Of a stretch of 64,000 nt of DNA, positions 43,069 through 53,743 are shown in pieces. Source of the stretch: Corallochytrium limacisporum Hawaii (taxonomy: Eukaryota > Protista > Pluriformea); the NCBI GenBank assembly GCA_002811645.1, contig PDIP01000041.1:1-64000 (forward strand), in the 5' to 3' direction. Under the pieces are notes generated by a model. It was not told the origin of the DNA and did no database searches. It saw nothing but the letters and a program-made list of their open reading frames with translations. Numbering within the stretch: position 1 is the first letter of the stretch; each line of letters opens with the position of its first letter. The translations under genes and the position numbers were made by a program.

Positions 43069-46000
43069 ATGTCGGCAAGGGATGACTTCGTCATTACGGC
43101 GGGCGCCCCTGGCCGGCTCAGTCGTAAGCCAAAGCAGGAACCAGACTCGGACGTCCAACCAGAACAGGAATCCACAAAGGAGGACCGGCTATCACAATTA
43201 TCAAAGGCACAAATTTTGAAAAAGATCGAAGCCCTTGACTCTCGTATGACAAAAATTTCAGGAGAAATTGAGGATCTCGACAGGGACTTCAAGGGAACAG
43301 AGGACGATGTTGCAGACCTAGAACTAGAGGCTGTGGAAGCAGAGGAAACCCAAATGACCGACGAGGGAGTCGATATTGCTGAAAAGATCCTTGGTGAAAA
43401 TAGCAAAAAGGCTAAGATTAGCCATGACATGATTAAGACAGCTGCCTTCCCTGTGGCTACAATTAAATTGGCTGAGATGGCAGAGTCATACTTGTCTCCA
43501 ACATGCCGGAATCACTTGCTCTTCTCCCTTTTCCGCAAGAAACGGCGTTTGGCCAAGAAGGAGGCACGTCTTCGCAGTGAATTTAAAATATACGACGTGG
43601 CATGGAAGGCAAAAATTAAAAAAATGGAAGAAATGCACAAGCGTTCGGGAAGAGAGGCGAGAGTTGAACGGTTCCTCGACCAAGAATTCCCTGAAATGGC
43701 AAGGCCTTCCACATCGGATCCAAGTCGACAGAGACACTGGGGGGATGCAGTTCGCAGTGAAGCAGAAATGGAACAGATTATGCAGGCCATCATGGCCGAA
43801 CAGAACAAAGAGGAACGATGGGTCCGCACGCTAATAGGACCAGATCCAATGATCATGGACGAGGAAGAGAAGCAACATCAGTACTATTCGACCTCTAACA
43901 AAGTCTCAGACCCCATGGCCATGCTGCGTATCCGCAAAAACATGAAAACATGGAGTGCGTCTGAGAAGAAAAACTTTGTGTCCAAGTACCTTCTTTTCCC
44001 GAAAGCCTTCGGCAAGATTGCCTCTTTCCTGCCGAACAAGTCTGCATGTGACTGTGTACTCTTCTATTACAACAGTAAGAAGAAGTACAACTACAAAAAA
44101 CTTCTGCGTCAGCACCAGCTCAAGAGGCGCAGGAATGTGGACAAGGACGTCCTATCTCGTGAGTTGGCATCGCTGATCAGCGAGTCCAAATTGGATGGCG
44201 ACCAACCCTCAGCTAGAGTCAAGCCTGCACGGGGACCCCCGAAGGACCGCAATCTCAAGGAAAGTGCACCTCCTGCTGTAGATGAACAGGATATTTCGGC
44301 GACTGCTCGATGGACCGAGGATGAGATTCAGATGGCAGTAAAGTACATCGGTGACTACGGACGAAGCTGGAACAAGATTAGCCGCCTTCTCGGAACGAAA
44401 ACACCAGCGCAGTGCAAGAACTTCTATCACAACTACAAGAAGAAGTACAACCTGCACCGATTAGCGAAAGGAAAGGATGCTCAAGACTCAGATGAGGAAG
44501 CTCCGAATACTACAAAAGGAAGGAAGCCAAAGGGAAAGGAGGATGCCAAGGAGGAAAAGGCAGCTAAGCCCAAACCCAAATCCAAAGGCAAGACCAAAGA
44601 AGAGCACCGGGAAAGGTCAGAGGAGGTTGTAGAGAAGGACAAGAAGGATCGCAAGGGACAGAGCTGGTCTAAGTCTGAAAAGGAGACGTTTGTGAGTATT
44701 CTGCGAGAGCATGGTAAAGACTGGGGCAAACTTGAAGAAGCCATCCCCATGAAAAGTCGTCCTCAGTTGCGCAACTTCTTCCAGAACTATAAGCAGAGAA
44801 TGGGTTTACAAGACATCCTTGATGAACGCCACGCCCGTCTGGAGAAAGCCAAAGCAGGACCTGTCGATGCCAGCAAAGCGACTACTGCAGAGACTCCGAA
44901 TGAGTACAAAGCAGGGAAAGACAAACCTGACAAGAATCCCGTGCTCTGGGAGATTAAGGGCCCAAAGAGTGATGTCCAGGAGAAACCTAGACAGCAGCAC
45001 GTGCCTCCGACAGAGGCAGCTGCGGCTGTGTCTGCCAGCCCGCGCCGTGGAGCAACCCCGCCACTGCAACAGACCCGCCCGCCGCCCCACACGGGTATGC
45101 CGCAGCCACAGCAAGCAGCTGGAAATTTGCAAAGTACGGCTGTCGGCGGGCAGCCCGTGCCTGTCCAACACACAGCGCACCAACAGGAACCACAGCATCA
45201 GCAAATGCCCTCTCAGCAGGATCTCCGGCAGCAACAAATGCCGCCTCAGCAGCAAGCCTCTCAACAGCCTTACCGTGCACAGGTGGTTCAAGGAGTGGCC
45301 TCGCAAGCTCAGCACATGCAAGGCCAGTCAGCAACCCACAGCAACCAACCCCAAATCGTAGCATACCAGGTATATCCCCAATCTGGTCACCCGCAAATTC
45401 AGAATGCTCCTCCACAGCGATATACTACCCCACCCCAGCAGCAGCAGCAGCAGCAAGGTGGATACATGCCGCAACATCATGCTCCTTCTCATCAGCAGCC
45501 GCCTCAGCACCACCCGTATCCCCCGCAGGCACCACATCAGTATCCAGGACAGCATTCTGGCGCCCCCATGCACCGGGGACCACCGCCACCTACACAGCAC
45601 CACCAGGGTTCCTACGGAAGCGGTGATAATCGTTATGGGACACCACCAATGCAGCAACACTCGAGTCACCCACAGCAGCCACAGCAGCCCCAGGCACAGC
45701 AGCAACAGTACATGCGGCAAGATCAGCAGCATATGTACTATCAGCACCAACCGCCGCCTCAACAACAGCAACCTGCCCAGTACATGATATCTGTGCCACC
45801 CCAGAACAGCGCTCCTGTGCCGCCGCAGCAGCAGCCGCCTGTATACTATCAGACTAGGCCGCAGGCTCCACCCCAGCATCAGCATCAGCCACACTACGAC
45901 CCTCGTTACGCTGGCTACCCTCCGGCCCAGGGACAGATGCACTACGGGCAGGACTATCAGCAGCAGGGGGCGTACAGACCACCACCGCAAGGCCAACCGC

Positions 46001-46077
46001 ACCAACAAGGACAGCACCCTCAACAGCAGATGTATAGTAGATACCAACCGCCTCCAGACCAAAAAGGTGGTCGATAG
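43069..46077 (+). CDS. NCoR/SMRT/Snt1-like corepressor with three SANT domains and a Q/P/Y/H-rich prion-like tail
   Basis: GDAVRSEAEMEQI, DAD/SANT1 (WSASEKKNF..K....PK.FGKIASFL.NKS..DCVLFYY..KK), SANT2 (RWTEDE...GRSW..IS...GTKT.AQCKNFY.NYKK), extra SANT3 (WSKSEK...HGKDW). Confidence 0.85.
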   Translation: MSARDDFVITAGAPGRLSRKPKQEPDSDVQPEQESTKEDRLSQLSKAQILKKIEALDSRMTKISGEIEDLDRDFKGTEDDVADLELEAVEAEETQMTDEGVDIAEKILGENSKKAKISHDMIKTAAFPVATIKLAEMAESYLSPTCRNHLLFSLFRKKRRLAKKEARLRSEFKIYDVAWKAKIKKMEEMHKRSGREARVERFLDQEFPEMARPSTSDPSRQRHWGDAVRSEAEMEQIMQAIMAEQNKEERWVRTLIGPDPMIMDEEEKQHQYYSTSNKVSDPMAMLRIRKNMKTWSASEKKNFVSKYLLFPKAFGKIASFLPNKSACDCVLFYYNSKKKYNYKKLLRQHQLKRRRNVDKDVLSRELASLISESKLDGDQPSARVKPARGPPKDRNLKESAPPAVDEQDISATARWTEDEIQMAVKYIGDYGRSWNKISRLLGTKTPAQCKNFYHNYKKKYNLHRLAKGKDAQDSDEEAPNTTKGRKPKGKEDAKEEKAAKPKPKSKGKTKEEHRERSEEVVEKDKKDRKGQSWSKSEKETFVSILREHGKDWGKLEEAIPMKSRPQLRNFFQNYKQRMGLQDILDERHARLEKAKAGPVDASKATTAETPNEYKAGKDKPDKNPVLWEIKGPKSDVQEKPRQQHVPPTEAAAAVSASPRRGATPPLQQTRPPPHTGMPQPQQAAGNLQSTAVGGQPVPVQHTAHQQEPQHQQMPSQQDLRQQQMPPQQQASQQPYRAQVVQGVASQAQHMQGQSATHSNQPQIVAYQVYPQSGHPQIQNAPPQRYTTPPQQQQQQQGGYMPQHHAPSHQQPPQHHPYPPQAPHQYPGQHSGAPMHRGPPPPTQHHQGSYGSGDNRYGTPPMQQHSSHPQQPQQPQAQQQQYMRQDQQHMYYQHQPPPQQQQPAQYMISVPPQNSAPVPPQQQPPVYYQTRPQAPPQHQHQPHYDPRYAGYPPAQGQMHYGQDYQQQGAYRPPPQGQPHQQGQHPQQQMYSRYQPPPDQKGGR

Positions 46078-46237
46078 GAACCGACAGTAGCATGCCTGCT
46101 GCTGCAGTGAAGTGAATTTTAAAAAGTTTAAAAACTCCCACTACATTTTGTTGCGTACATTGTGAGATGTTGAGTTACTTTTCATGATCATTATATTTTG
46201 ATACCTTTGAATTGATCGAGACACTAGTTCGTTGTAC

Positions 46238-47476
46238 CTACTTTGTCAGAACCCACATACCGTCACTGGAGCGCTGACGGGCATGACCAGCACGGCACCA
46301 ATCACGCACCGCAGTAGTGACCTCTGGGGGCACCTTCTTAACACCCAAATGCTTGCACAGTGCCAATTTCATTTGCTTCGTGGTCTTAGGCTTGGAAAGA
46401 ATCTGGATCATGACATTCGGGTCAAATTTGGCCCCCGACTTGGCGGTCTTAGGCTTTTTCTTTTTCTTCTCTTCCATTTGTTCCGGTGCTTTCCGCTTGG
46501 CAGGCCGTTCAACAGGTACCGGTGCAGCGGATGCCGACTTTTCTAGCGCGTTAGCATCCTCCTTTACATCCTCCTCACCGCCTTCGTCTTCATAAGCAAC
46601 TTCCTCCTCCTCATCATCTTCATCTTCATCTTCATCCTCGTCTTCGTCTTCACCCGACCCTTCTCCTTTGTCTTCGTCTTCACTGACAATCTCTCCAGTG
46701 ATCGCGATATCCGCATTGTCCTTCTTTTTCTTCTCAAAGGTAGCGTTCTTAAATGCCTCCTTATCTTCCTGCAGGTCCTCGTCCTCATCAACACTTTCCA
46801 TGTCTGCATCCTCCACACTCTCGTCGTCGTCGAACTGTTCCTCAAAGTCCAATTCGTCACCTTCAGAGCGTTTGTTCGAGAATTTCCTGGATGCTCCAAC
46901 CGCTAAATTGCGCACAGGTGCTGCGCCACCATTCTCATCCCGTAGCAGACCATCAATTTTCCTGTCCATGCGATCGTTCTTGCGCTCCGCCGCGTCGGCC
47001 TCACGAGCATCTGCCTCATCCTTTTCGTCCTGTATCTCCTGTAGACTCTTGGCTGGGCGTTTGAAATCGAATGCCTTCTTCACCGGAGCAACGACAATTT
47101 CGTCTGGATTTTCAGTCTGCATAAAGACGAGGTATTTCTTACCACGCTGAGCAAATGTGCCAACGTGTTTCTGTTCTCCTGCTTTATCTTCGAGGATCCA
47201 GTTCCTCTGATCACTGTTTCGGAAGGATCTAACTTCGTCCTGGGTCATACCTCTACTACGCTTGGCCTTAATCACGCGGTTATCCTTGATAAGTGTAATC
47301 GGTTGTTCCCATTCTGGAAGGGATTTGTGTTTCTGCTCCAAAAATCTAAACAAAGTCAGGTGGCGCAGGTCTTGGTCATCTGATCTGACAAGTCTCCATG
47401 CCTTTTCACCGTCCTGTACATCGGACAGAGGCAGTCGCTCCCTCTCGATTGCCCCGTTGTTCTGTTCACCGCTCAT
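46238..47476 (-). CDS. GTF2F1: Transcription initiation factor TFIIF large subunit (RAP74/Tfg1)
   Basis: WILEDK.G....GT, YLVF......IVVAPV...FDFK, ELDFEEQFDDDE acidic motif, acidic linker, C-terminal winged-helix-like domain. Confidence 0.75.
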   Translation of the reverse strand: MSGEQNNGAIERERLPLSDVQDGEKAWRLVRSDDQDLRHLTLFRFLEQKHKSLPEWEQPITLIKDNRVIKAKRSRGMTQDEVRSFRNSDQRNWILEDKAGEQKHVGTFAQRGKKYLVFMQTENPDEIVVAPVKKAFDFKRPAKSLQEIQDEKDEADAREADAAERKNDRMDRKIDGLLRDENGGAAPVRNLAVGASRKFSNKRSEGDELDFEEQFDDDESVEDADMESVDEDEDLQEDKEAFKNATFEKKKKDNADIAITGEIVSEDEDKGEGSGEDEDEDEDEDEDDEEEEVAYEDEGGEEDVKEDANALEKSASAAPVPVERPAKRKAPEQMEEKKKKKPKTAKSGAKFDPNVMIQILSKPKTTKQMKLALCKHLGVKKVPPEVTTAVRDWCRAGHARQRSSDGMWVLTK

Positions 47477-47824
47477 GGCTTAGCAATTTTCCGAAAACAC
47501 ATATGTCCAGGATCAAAGGTTTGTTGTGTAATTTACGAACTCTATCACCTTTTCCCAATTCTACGCTTCTTTTGTGACTCATTTATAGAGGATATAAATA
47601 CCACTCGTAAATACACCTTCAAAATATGTGAAATACGTTTTGTACTTGCGATAGTCCAGTATGTTGCAACTCGAAATGCTAAATTGGCCACCGGGGCTTG
47701 CTCGCCCCTTTCCTTCCATTCTGTGTGTACTGCACGCCTGAGAGGATCAAAATTTGTGTACACCGGCAGCCCAGGGGCAGGTTCAGTGAGGGAGAACTCT
47801 GACGAGTAGTCTCGTCTGGCTGCT

Positions 47825-47850
47825 GCGCGCGAATGGTTTCAAAAGCGGGC
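47825..47850 (-). promoter_or_regulatory. CDE/CHR-like element (GCCCGCTTTTGAAA...TTCGCGCGC on the - strand)
   Basis: TTTGAA CHR core flanked by GC-rich E2F/CDE-like words, in the divergent promoter of TFIIF and the 48024 gene. Confidence 0.35.
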
Positions 47851-48023
47851 AGAGAGGGCAAGGCTAGTACCCGGTCGTTCGGGGGCATCAGTGGCAAGGT
47901 ACTTGAGAGGCGGTATTAGGCTATTGAAGGCAAATGCCAGGCCGTTTCCAACACATCATTTCCAATGAGACCAAATGATATATGCTGTAGGTAATAAAGA
48001 ATAACGTAACATATGCGGTGGTC

Positions 48024-48827
48024 ATGAACAGAGAAGATACGGGCTTGCTGGAGCTCGTTTCCAGCACCCAAAGAGCCCTTAAGGCAAATCTGAGAAACGT
48101 CGCGGATATAGCGCGAAGACTGGAAAGTGAGCAGGAACGTATTCAGGGAGGCCGGCTCACAGAAGAAAAACTTAAAGAAGACATTGAGTTGCTGATGCGT
48201 CAAGGCCTTTACCTGAAAAAACTTTGTGACGGTTTTCTGGAAGACACACGGAAAAGATTAGGAGGCCAGCAAGTCAAGATGTCCGATCTATCGCGAATTG
48301 CTTCCAATGACAGGGTTTTTCATTTCCTATCCACGGGATATCCGTTAGATCTCATCAGAACAGGACCGTGTTCTGTTATCAAGTCACAAACGGAGACTAT
48401 TTTGGACAGTCACCACCCTATTGAACTTAAGGGACAGGGAGACGTGGAATTGTCCACACCAAACTCGAATGCGGAAAGTCGCCTGACACCTTCGACCCAA
48501 GTGGACGGTAAAACAGTGGGGCAAGCTGAAGAGAATGGATTGCAAACACCTATTCACCAATCGTCGATTTCGCAGAAGAGATTTCCAGATTTGGAAATCA
48601 AAGACCACCAGACTCTTTCTGTCCGTGGTGTGCCACCATCCCGCAACGACCTTGAAGAGAAGGAAAATTCCTCTCCGGCGCAGTTGGACTTGAGTCAAGG
48701 CTGTGACCGCCAGAATATGTTCTGGATCGACGGCATCGACACACCTGCTATGAAGCGCAAAGTGCTGGAAGAGAATGAAAGGAGAAAATTTGCGAAAAGG
48801 ATGAGAAAGGAATTTGACAATCGATAA
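48024..48827 (+). CDS. Hypothetical protein with N-terminal coiled coil and S/T-P sites
   Basis: 267 aa from ATG 48024; heptad-like N-terminus; convergent with ESF1. Confidence 0.65.
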   Translation: MNREDTGLLELVSSTQRALKANLRNVADIARRLESEQERIQGGRLTEEKLKEDIELLMRQGLYLKKLCDGFLEDTRKRLGGQQVKMSDLSRIASNDRVFHFLSTGYPLDLIRTGPCSVIKSQTETILDSHHPIELKGQGDVELSTPNSNAESRLTPSTQVDGKTVGQAEENGLQTPIHQSSISQKRFPDLEIKDHQTLSVRGVPPSRNDLEEKENSSPAQLDLSQGCDRQNMFWIDGIDTPAMKRKVLEENERRKFAKRMRKEFDNR

Positions 48828-48887
48828 ACCCCTATGTATTGTAACATAACTATGATATTGGATGTGACATACGTCTTCCTCGCAAAT

Positions 48888-50645
48888 CTACTTGACCTTC
48901 CTCGCTCCTTGAGATTTGGCCTTGATTCGACCAATCAGATCGGATATATTGCTCAGTCCAGCAGCTGCATTAGGACTCTTCTGAACAGCCCCTACCTTCG
49001 ATACAGGTTCCACAGGAATAGCAGTTCTGTCCTCACGGCCACCGTCAACCTTTCTGCCTGTGTCCCTGACAGGTTTAGTGGCTTTGTCACGATGCTGCAC
49101 TTTGCGGAAGTCAGGTGCGGTAGGATCCATTGCAAACTTAGAACTCGTCTTTAGGGCCGCGAAACGACTGTCTTCATAGTCAGGCTCAAACTCAGCTCCA
49201 TCGGATGCCTCTTCGTCGGCCAGCAGCTGCAGTGCGGGATCGACTGGTTCGGCATATTCATCCCTCTTGCCTTTCTTCTTTTTCTTGAGGCTGTCCCTCT
49301 TGCTCTCCTTTTTGGGTTTATCGTCGTCTTGGGCGAAGAAGGGATCGGCAAAGCCTAGGTCTTCATCTCCTTCGGCTCCCATGCCCTTTGCTGCTTTCTT
49401 CTTGTCCTTCTTGCGTTGCTTACGCTTCTCCAGATACTCTTCCCACACAGACTTTTCCTCGTCTCCACTACGGGCCCTGCGCTTGATTTTGTCTTGAAGT
49501 TGCTTCTCAAGATTTGTGTCAAAGGTACTGATCATGTCGCTATGGGCCGCACCAGGGTCTTCTGCTGCAACATGTTCTGAATCGTTTTCGGCCCCAGCAG
49601 ATCGAAGCAGGCCTTTGAACGCGGCAGCCCGATTGGCCGCATTTTCGTCATCCGATTCGTCTTCCGAGCTTGCAATATATGCCTTGAGATCATCATTGTG
49701 GAGATCATCGGCCGTAAACTTCCGGCGAAGGAGGTGCGCTCGCTTCGGATCGTCCTCGTCCCAACGTAGCTTGGGCTTGGAGTGACTGAGCGTGTTCAGC
49801 GCTTTGCTCCCCATCCATGCAAAGGAAGGTTCATAGCTGTCTGGCACTTCGTCAGCTTCATCCTTTAGTCGTTCCTTCTCGAACTCTACGTCGTCTGGAA
49901 CAAATCGGAGATCCAGACGATTCATGGTCAGTTCGATTTCATTCCCATCTAGAGTATCGTAGATGGATTCCGCAGTCTGCACAGTGTCACATTCCGCAAT
50001 GCAGTAGTAGTATCGCAACTTAGCAGCCTCATATCGACGGATCCTTTCGTCCTGCCTGCGCTCCTTTTCTTTGGCAGCATCCTTGCCTTTCTTTGAACCG
50101 ATATTTTCTAGTTCCTCCACTTCCTCCTCTTCGCTCAGGTTTAGCAACTCTTGGGGTCCAAAACGTTGTTCGTGATCGAGACGTTCCTTACCAAAGTCAC
50201 TCAAATATTTTGCCACTTTATGGACCCGACTACTTACGGGAACGACGGACCTAAGAGCAGCCAGCAAGTCCACTGAAGAAATGCTCTCGAAGTCCATGTT
50301 GCAGATGGCAATGCGACGCGTTGAATGTCCGTATTTGATCTTTCCGGCTGCCATATCGTAGCCATAGACTTCTTCTTCGTCATCCTCTTCAGAGTCAATC
50401 TGATCTTCAATATCTGTGTCATACTCGTCTGAACTGGACTCAAGGGTAGCTTCTCCTCTGGCCGCATCCAGTAAGTCCACCTTTCTACCGTACTTGTCTA
50501 CGAGACCGCGATTGTTTTCCTCTTGCAAAGTCTTGAAGCGTTCATCTTCTTCTTCTCCTTCATTCAATTTCCTTTTCTTTTTCTTCCTCAGACGGAAACG
50601 TGGGTCATAGCCCACTTGTGTAAAACGAACGTCACGCTTTCCCAT
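48888..50645 (-). CDS. ESF1: Pre-rRNA processing protein Esf1
   Basis: STRRIAICNMD, YLSDFGKERL..E...GP, RRYE..KLRYYY, LDLRFVPDD.EF, C-terminal NUC153 (DSRF......FAMDPT.P.F). Confidence 0.95.
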   Translation of the reverse strand: MGKRDVRFTQVGYDPRFRLRKKKKRKLNEGEEEDERFKTLQEENNRGLVDKYGRKVDLLDAARGEATLESSSDEYDTDIEDQIDSEEDDEEEVYGYDMAAGKIKYGHSTRRIAICNMDFESISSVDLLAALRSVVPVSSRVHKVAKYLSDFGKERLDHEQRFGPQELLNLSEEEEVEELENIGSKKGKDAAKEKERRQDERIRRYEAAKLRYYYCIAECDTVQTAESIYDTLDGNEIELTMNRLDLRFVPDDVEFEKERLKDEADEVPDSYEPSFAWMGSKALNTLSHSKPKLRWDEDDPKRAHLLRRKFTADDLHNDDLKAYIASSEDESDDENAANRAAAFKGLLRSAGAENDSEHVAAEDPGAAHSDMISTFDTNLEKQLQDKIKRRARSGDEEKSVWEEYLEKRKQRKKDKKKAAKGMGAEGDEDLGFADPFFAQDDDKPKKESKRDSLKKKKKGKRDEYAEPVDPALQLLADEEASDGAEFEPDYEDSRFAALKTSSKFAMDPTAPDFRKVQHRDKATKPVRDTGRKVDGGREDRTAIPVEPVSKVGAVQKSPNAAAGLSNISDLIGRIKAKSQGARKVK

Positions 50646-50731
50646 GGTGGTGAAGTGTTTCTATCTGAGTCCCTTCCTTCTAGGATCTGATGCCCTACGG
50701 CCTTTCTAAGTAGTCACATCCAATTTTCTTT

Positions 50732-50837
50732 CTGTTAGTAGTTGGTCCCTCACAATGAGTCCATAGTGAGAAAAGTCTCTATGTGTATTCGTTGTCGTCC
50801 GTTATTAAGTAGCACGAAGGACTCCTTCATGACATAC
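50732..50837 (-). other. Predicted 106-nt spliceosomal intron in the ESF1 5' UTR
   Basis: GTATGT donor, TACTAAC branch point directly followed by AG. Confidence 0.65.
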
Positions 50838-51019
50838 TCAAAGCCCACACGTCCATCGACGTCACCCACATTCCCCACCGCTTCGGAAAAGCACGCGGGG
50901 GAAACCTTCTGTCCGCACCGGCGCTGCACAAGCTCTGTTATTGATTAAAGCAAATAAATTGATCGATATTGGCGTGGACCACCTCTTGACCCCCCCCCAC
51001 TAAAAATGGGAGACTGAGG

Positions 51020-51780
51020 AGAATACAAACAGCACCGTATCCCCAGACTCCATAAGCTGGCACCGCCGTTCAAATATCTGGATGCCTCCATGAACGGACA
51101 CGTGAAGGCTTTGGCATTCGTGACACACTTCAATAGCCTCAGATCACTGAATGAATCACATTGCGGGATCAGGGACCCCCATGTCTTGACTAAGTCTTGA
51201 ACGCCATGCCAGCCGTACAGAGTGTGTCATTGGCGGGCAATCCCGTCCGCTTCCTAAACTTGATCAATTGCAAGCGACGTGAGTCTCTCCGGCTCTTGGA
51301 CGTGAGCTGTACCCTTCTTTCTGCCCTTCCCATTGCACCCGGGGATGTGGCTACAAAGTTGAAAGAACTGACTATTGAGAACTGTTCTCTAATCACAGAC
51401 TCGTCTGAGCCAGATCTCAACAAAGGAGACATTTCTCCCTTACAGTATTTTTGCTGGCAATCGATACGAAGGACCGAATCGGGAGGCCTACCACACCGAG
51501 GCTATACGGCAATTTGAGGAGCTTTACAGTCCATATCCCATCTCCCCAAAGCATTTGAGAAGTTGCAGTTACTGAAGCAGCGCTTTGACCAGCGCTCCCA
51601 GTGGGGCGCCTGCAATATCTGCGGTATCCCGAAGCCAGCGCAGGAGATTCGCATGATAATGGCTTCATAACCAAACCATGAGAGTTTGCCTTTCTCAAGA
51701 ATGGTTTGCGGAGGTAGGAACTGTTTCTACCATATCTTGTAACTTGTGTTATAATTCTGATCATGAGAAAGCTATGAAAC
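51020..51780 (+). pseudogene. Frameshifted leucine-rich-repeat gene remnant
   Basis: FKYLDASMN, SLRSLNESHCGI, frameshift at ~51197, VQSVSLAGNP, LRLLDVSCTLLSALP, KLKELTIENCSLIT, then further shifts and stops; no good start. Confidence 0.65.
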
Positions 51781-51891
51781 ACTATTTCTTTAAAGGTAAA
51801 CATACTGTGTTAACGTGATCAATATCGGTTATCCCCGTGACTCCCACAGACAGGAGGCTGCCTATCACCACTCCCAGCAGGTAACAAACGA

Positions 51892-52308
51892 TTATCTCCC
51901 CTTCTCATTGGCCCTGCGTCGGATCATGCCACCACGGCCTCCACGGCGCGTTCCCTTTCCTCCACGACCGCGTCTGTTCCGAAACTTTCTCCCACCAGCT
52001 TGGAAACCAGCGCCAGTCCGATTCGGGGGTCCAGCTGAGAAGACCAGCCGACATGCACTGCGCACTCCATCAATCTGGGCACCGTTAAGATAGTCACAGG
52101 CCTGCTCGGCTGCCTCAAGGTCTGCAAAAACCACAAAGGCTCTCCCCATGGACTTCCCCGACACCTTGTCGTGAATCAATTCTACCTTGAGCACCTTGCC
52201 ATAATTGTTCACGATTTCCTCGATGTGATCTGATGTGACATTGGCAGACAATCCACTAATCAACACTTTCTTTGACGTCAACGGCGAGGGTGACCGGGAT
52301 CTTAACAT
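51892..52308 (-). CDS. RNPS1: Minimal RNPS1/SR45-like RRM protein with RG-rich tail
   Basis: RSRSPSP then KKVLISGLSANVTSDHIEEIVNNYG (RNPS1-type NVTxDHIxEI), GRAFV, GAQIDG; ATG at 52308. Confidence 0.7.
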   Translation of the reverse strand: MLRSRSPSPLTSKKVLISGLSANVTSDHIEEIVNNYGKVLKVELIHDKVSGKSMGRAFVVFADLEAAEQACDYLNGAQIDGVRSACRLVFSAGPPNRTGAGFQAGGRKFRNRRGRGGKGTRRGGRGGMIRRRANEKGR

Positions 52309-52958
52309 TGTGCTTAGTTTTGCTACGAACACTCAGATCACATCTTTCCAATATTGGGCTCACTTGATGGATTGTATCCAGCTAATATATCACAAAATGT
52401 CACGTTATTTGAATCTCTATGCACTATACCTAAAAACAGTCTCTTGTGGTCGTTAGATACCAGGTTCACGCATCTTTGACCAAATGGAAACCTTTGGTGT
52501 CCTTTCTACGGCTCGCTGGCATCGCCCCTTCTAGTACACTGATTTCTGCCCTCCTCCCCTGCGGGAGCGCCCCAATACATTTTCTACGCAGACTGTGCTG
52601 GGGTGCCCAACCCCGCCGGCCTGCAAACAGCCCCAATTCGCCGGGTCGGGTTGAGTCCGCAGGGGGTGCCCTTCCCCGACACATGGCATCTCCCCCGGGC
52701 TGGTGGGCTCAGTGCCTCATTTTTCAACTTGTAGCGGAAACTGTATTTCCGTCATCATCAAGGGTGTGTTCTTTTTCCTTCGCATGTTTCAATGCGCAGC
52801 GTTTTGGTATTTCATGAATTAGCATTGAAGCATGCTACAGGCATTTTGCGATGGAATCAGCAAAAAAGGAAGGTTGTAGGAAGAAATCGTGATAGGTTAC
52901 AAACATACGCACATACATAGACTAGCGCGATAGCAACATACAGATACACACATTCAAC

Positions 52959-53615
52959 ATGCTCACGCGAATAGGATCGCGTTTTCGCATGGTGTCCTCA
53001 CCGTTGTTCCAAAGTAAGATTTTGCAAACCAGATCCATGGCCTCGCAGGCAGCATTACCCTTCCTGCTGCCCCAGGATAGCAAAGATCGCCTACGATTCG
53101 CGCTCATGGGAAAGTCTTCTCCTAGTACACCATTCTTGGCCGACACCAAGAAACAAGAGCCCGTACCTACGGATCCTCATGCCTTCCTGCGCCGTGCAGT
53201 TGAGAACATCCAGACAACCAATGCGAAGCATTCATTTGCCGTGATCTACCTGCAGTCACACCAGTACAAAGTGACGGAAGGAGACACCATCATTGTACCA
53301 CGCATTCCCATTGAGCTTGGAGAGGCTATTCGTGCAGATAAAGTTCTCTTGGCAGGTGGTAAGACTTTCAGTATGATTGGGAGGCCTTTCCTTAGCACAC
53401 AGAATGTTGTGGTGTACCTGCGCTGCATTGAACACATGCGCGAAGCTAACAAAATTAGCTTCAAGATGACTCGACGTAGCGGGCGGAGTAGGAGGCGGCA
53501 CGGGCATCGGCAAGATCTAAGTGCTTTGAAGGTGGAACGGATTGTCATCAATGCAGAGCGAGTCCAGCTGGCGAACAGTCCCAAGACTGTGCAGGAGAGT
53601 GCATTTGAATCCTAA
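52959..53615 (+). CDS. MRPL21: Mitochondrial ribosomal protein bL21m
   Basis: Arg/Ser-rich targeting peptide, FAVI....HQYKVTEGD, KVLL.G....IGRP, GHRQ. Confidence 0.92.
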   Translation: MLTRIGSRFRMVSSPLFQSKILQTRSMASQAALPFLLPQDSKDRLRFALMGKSSPSTPFLADTKKQEPVPTDPHAFLRRAVENIQTTNAKHSFAVIYLQSHQYKVTEGDTIIVPRIPIELGEAIRADKVLLAGGKTFSMIGRPFLSTQNVVVYLRCIEHMREANKISFKMTRRSGRSRRRHGHRQDLSALKVERIVINAERVQLANSPKTVQESAFES

Positions 53616-53743
53616 GTGTTACGGCAACTAACATGTGTTTTTAGCATAACTATATTCCAACATCTCTATATCCATAATAAAACTCTGACATATATATGTG
53701 GGCATATTCAAAAGATTTTGCCCATGATTAATAGATACCAGCA

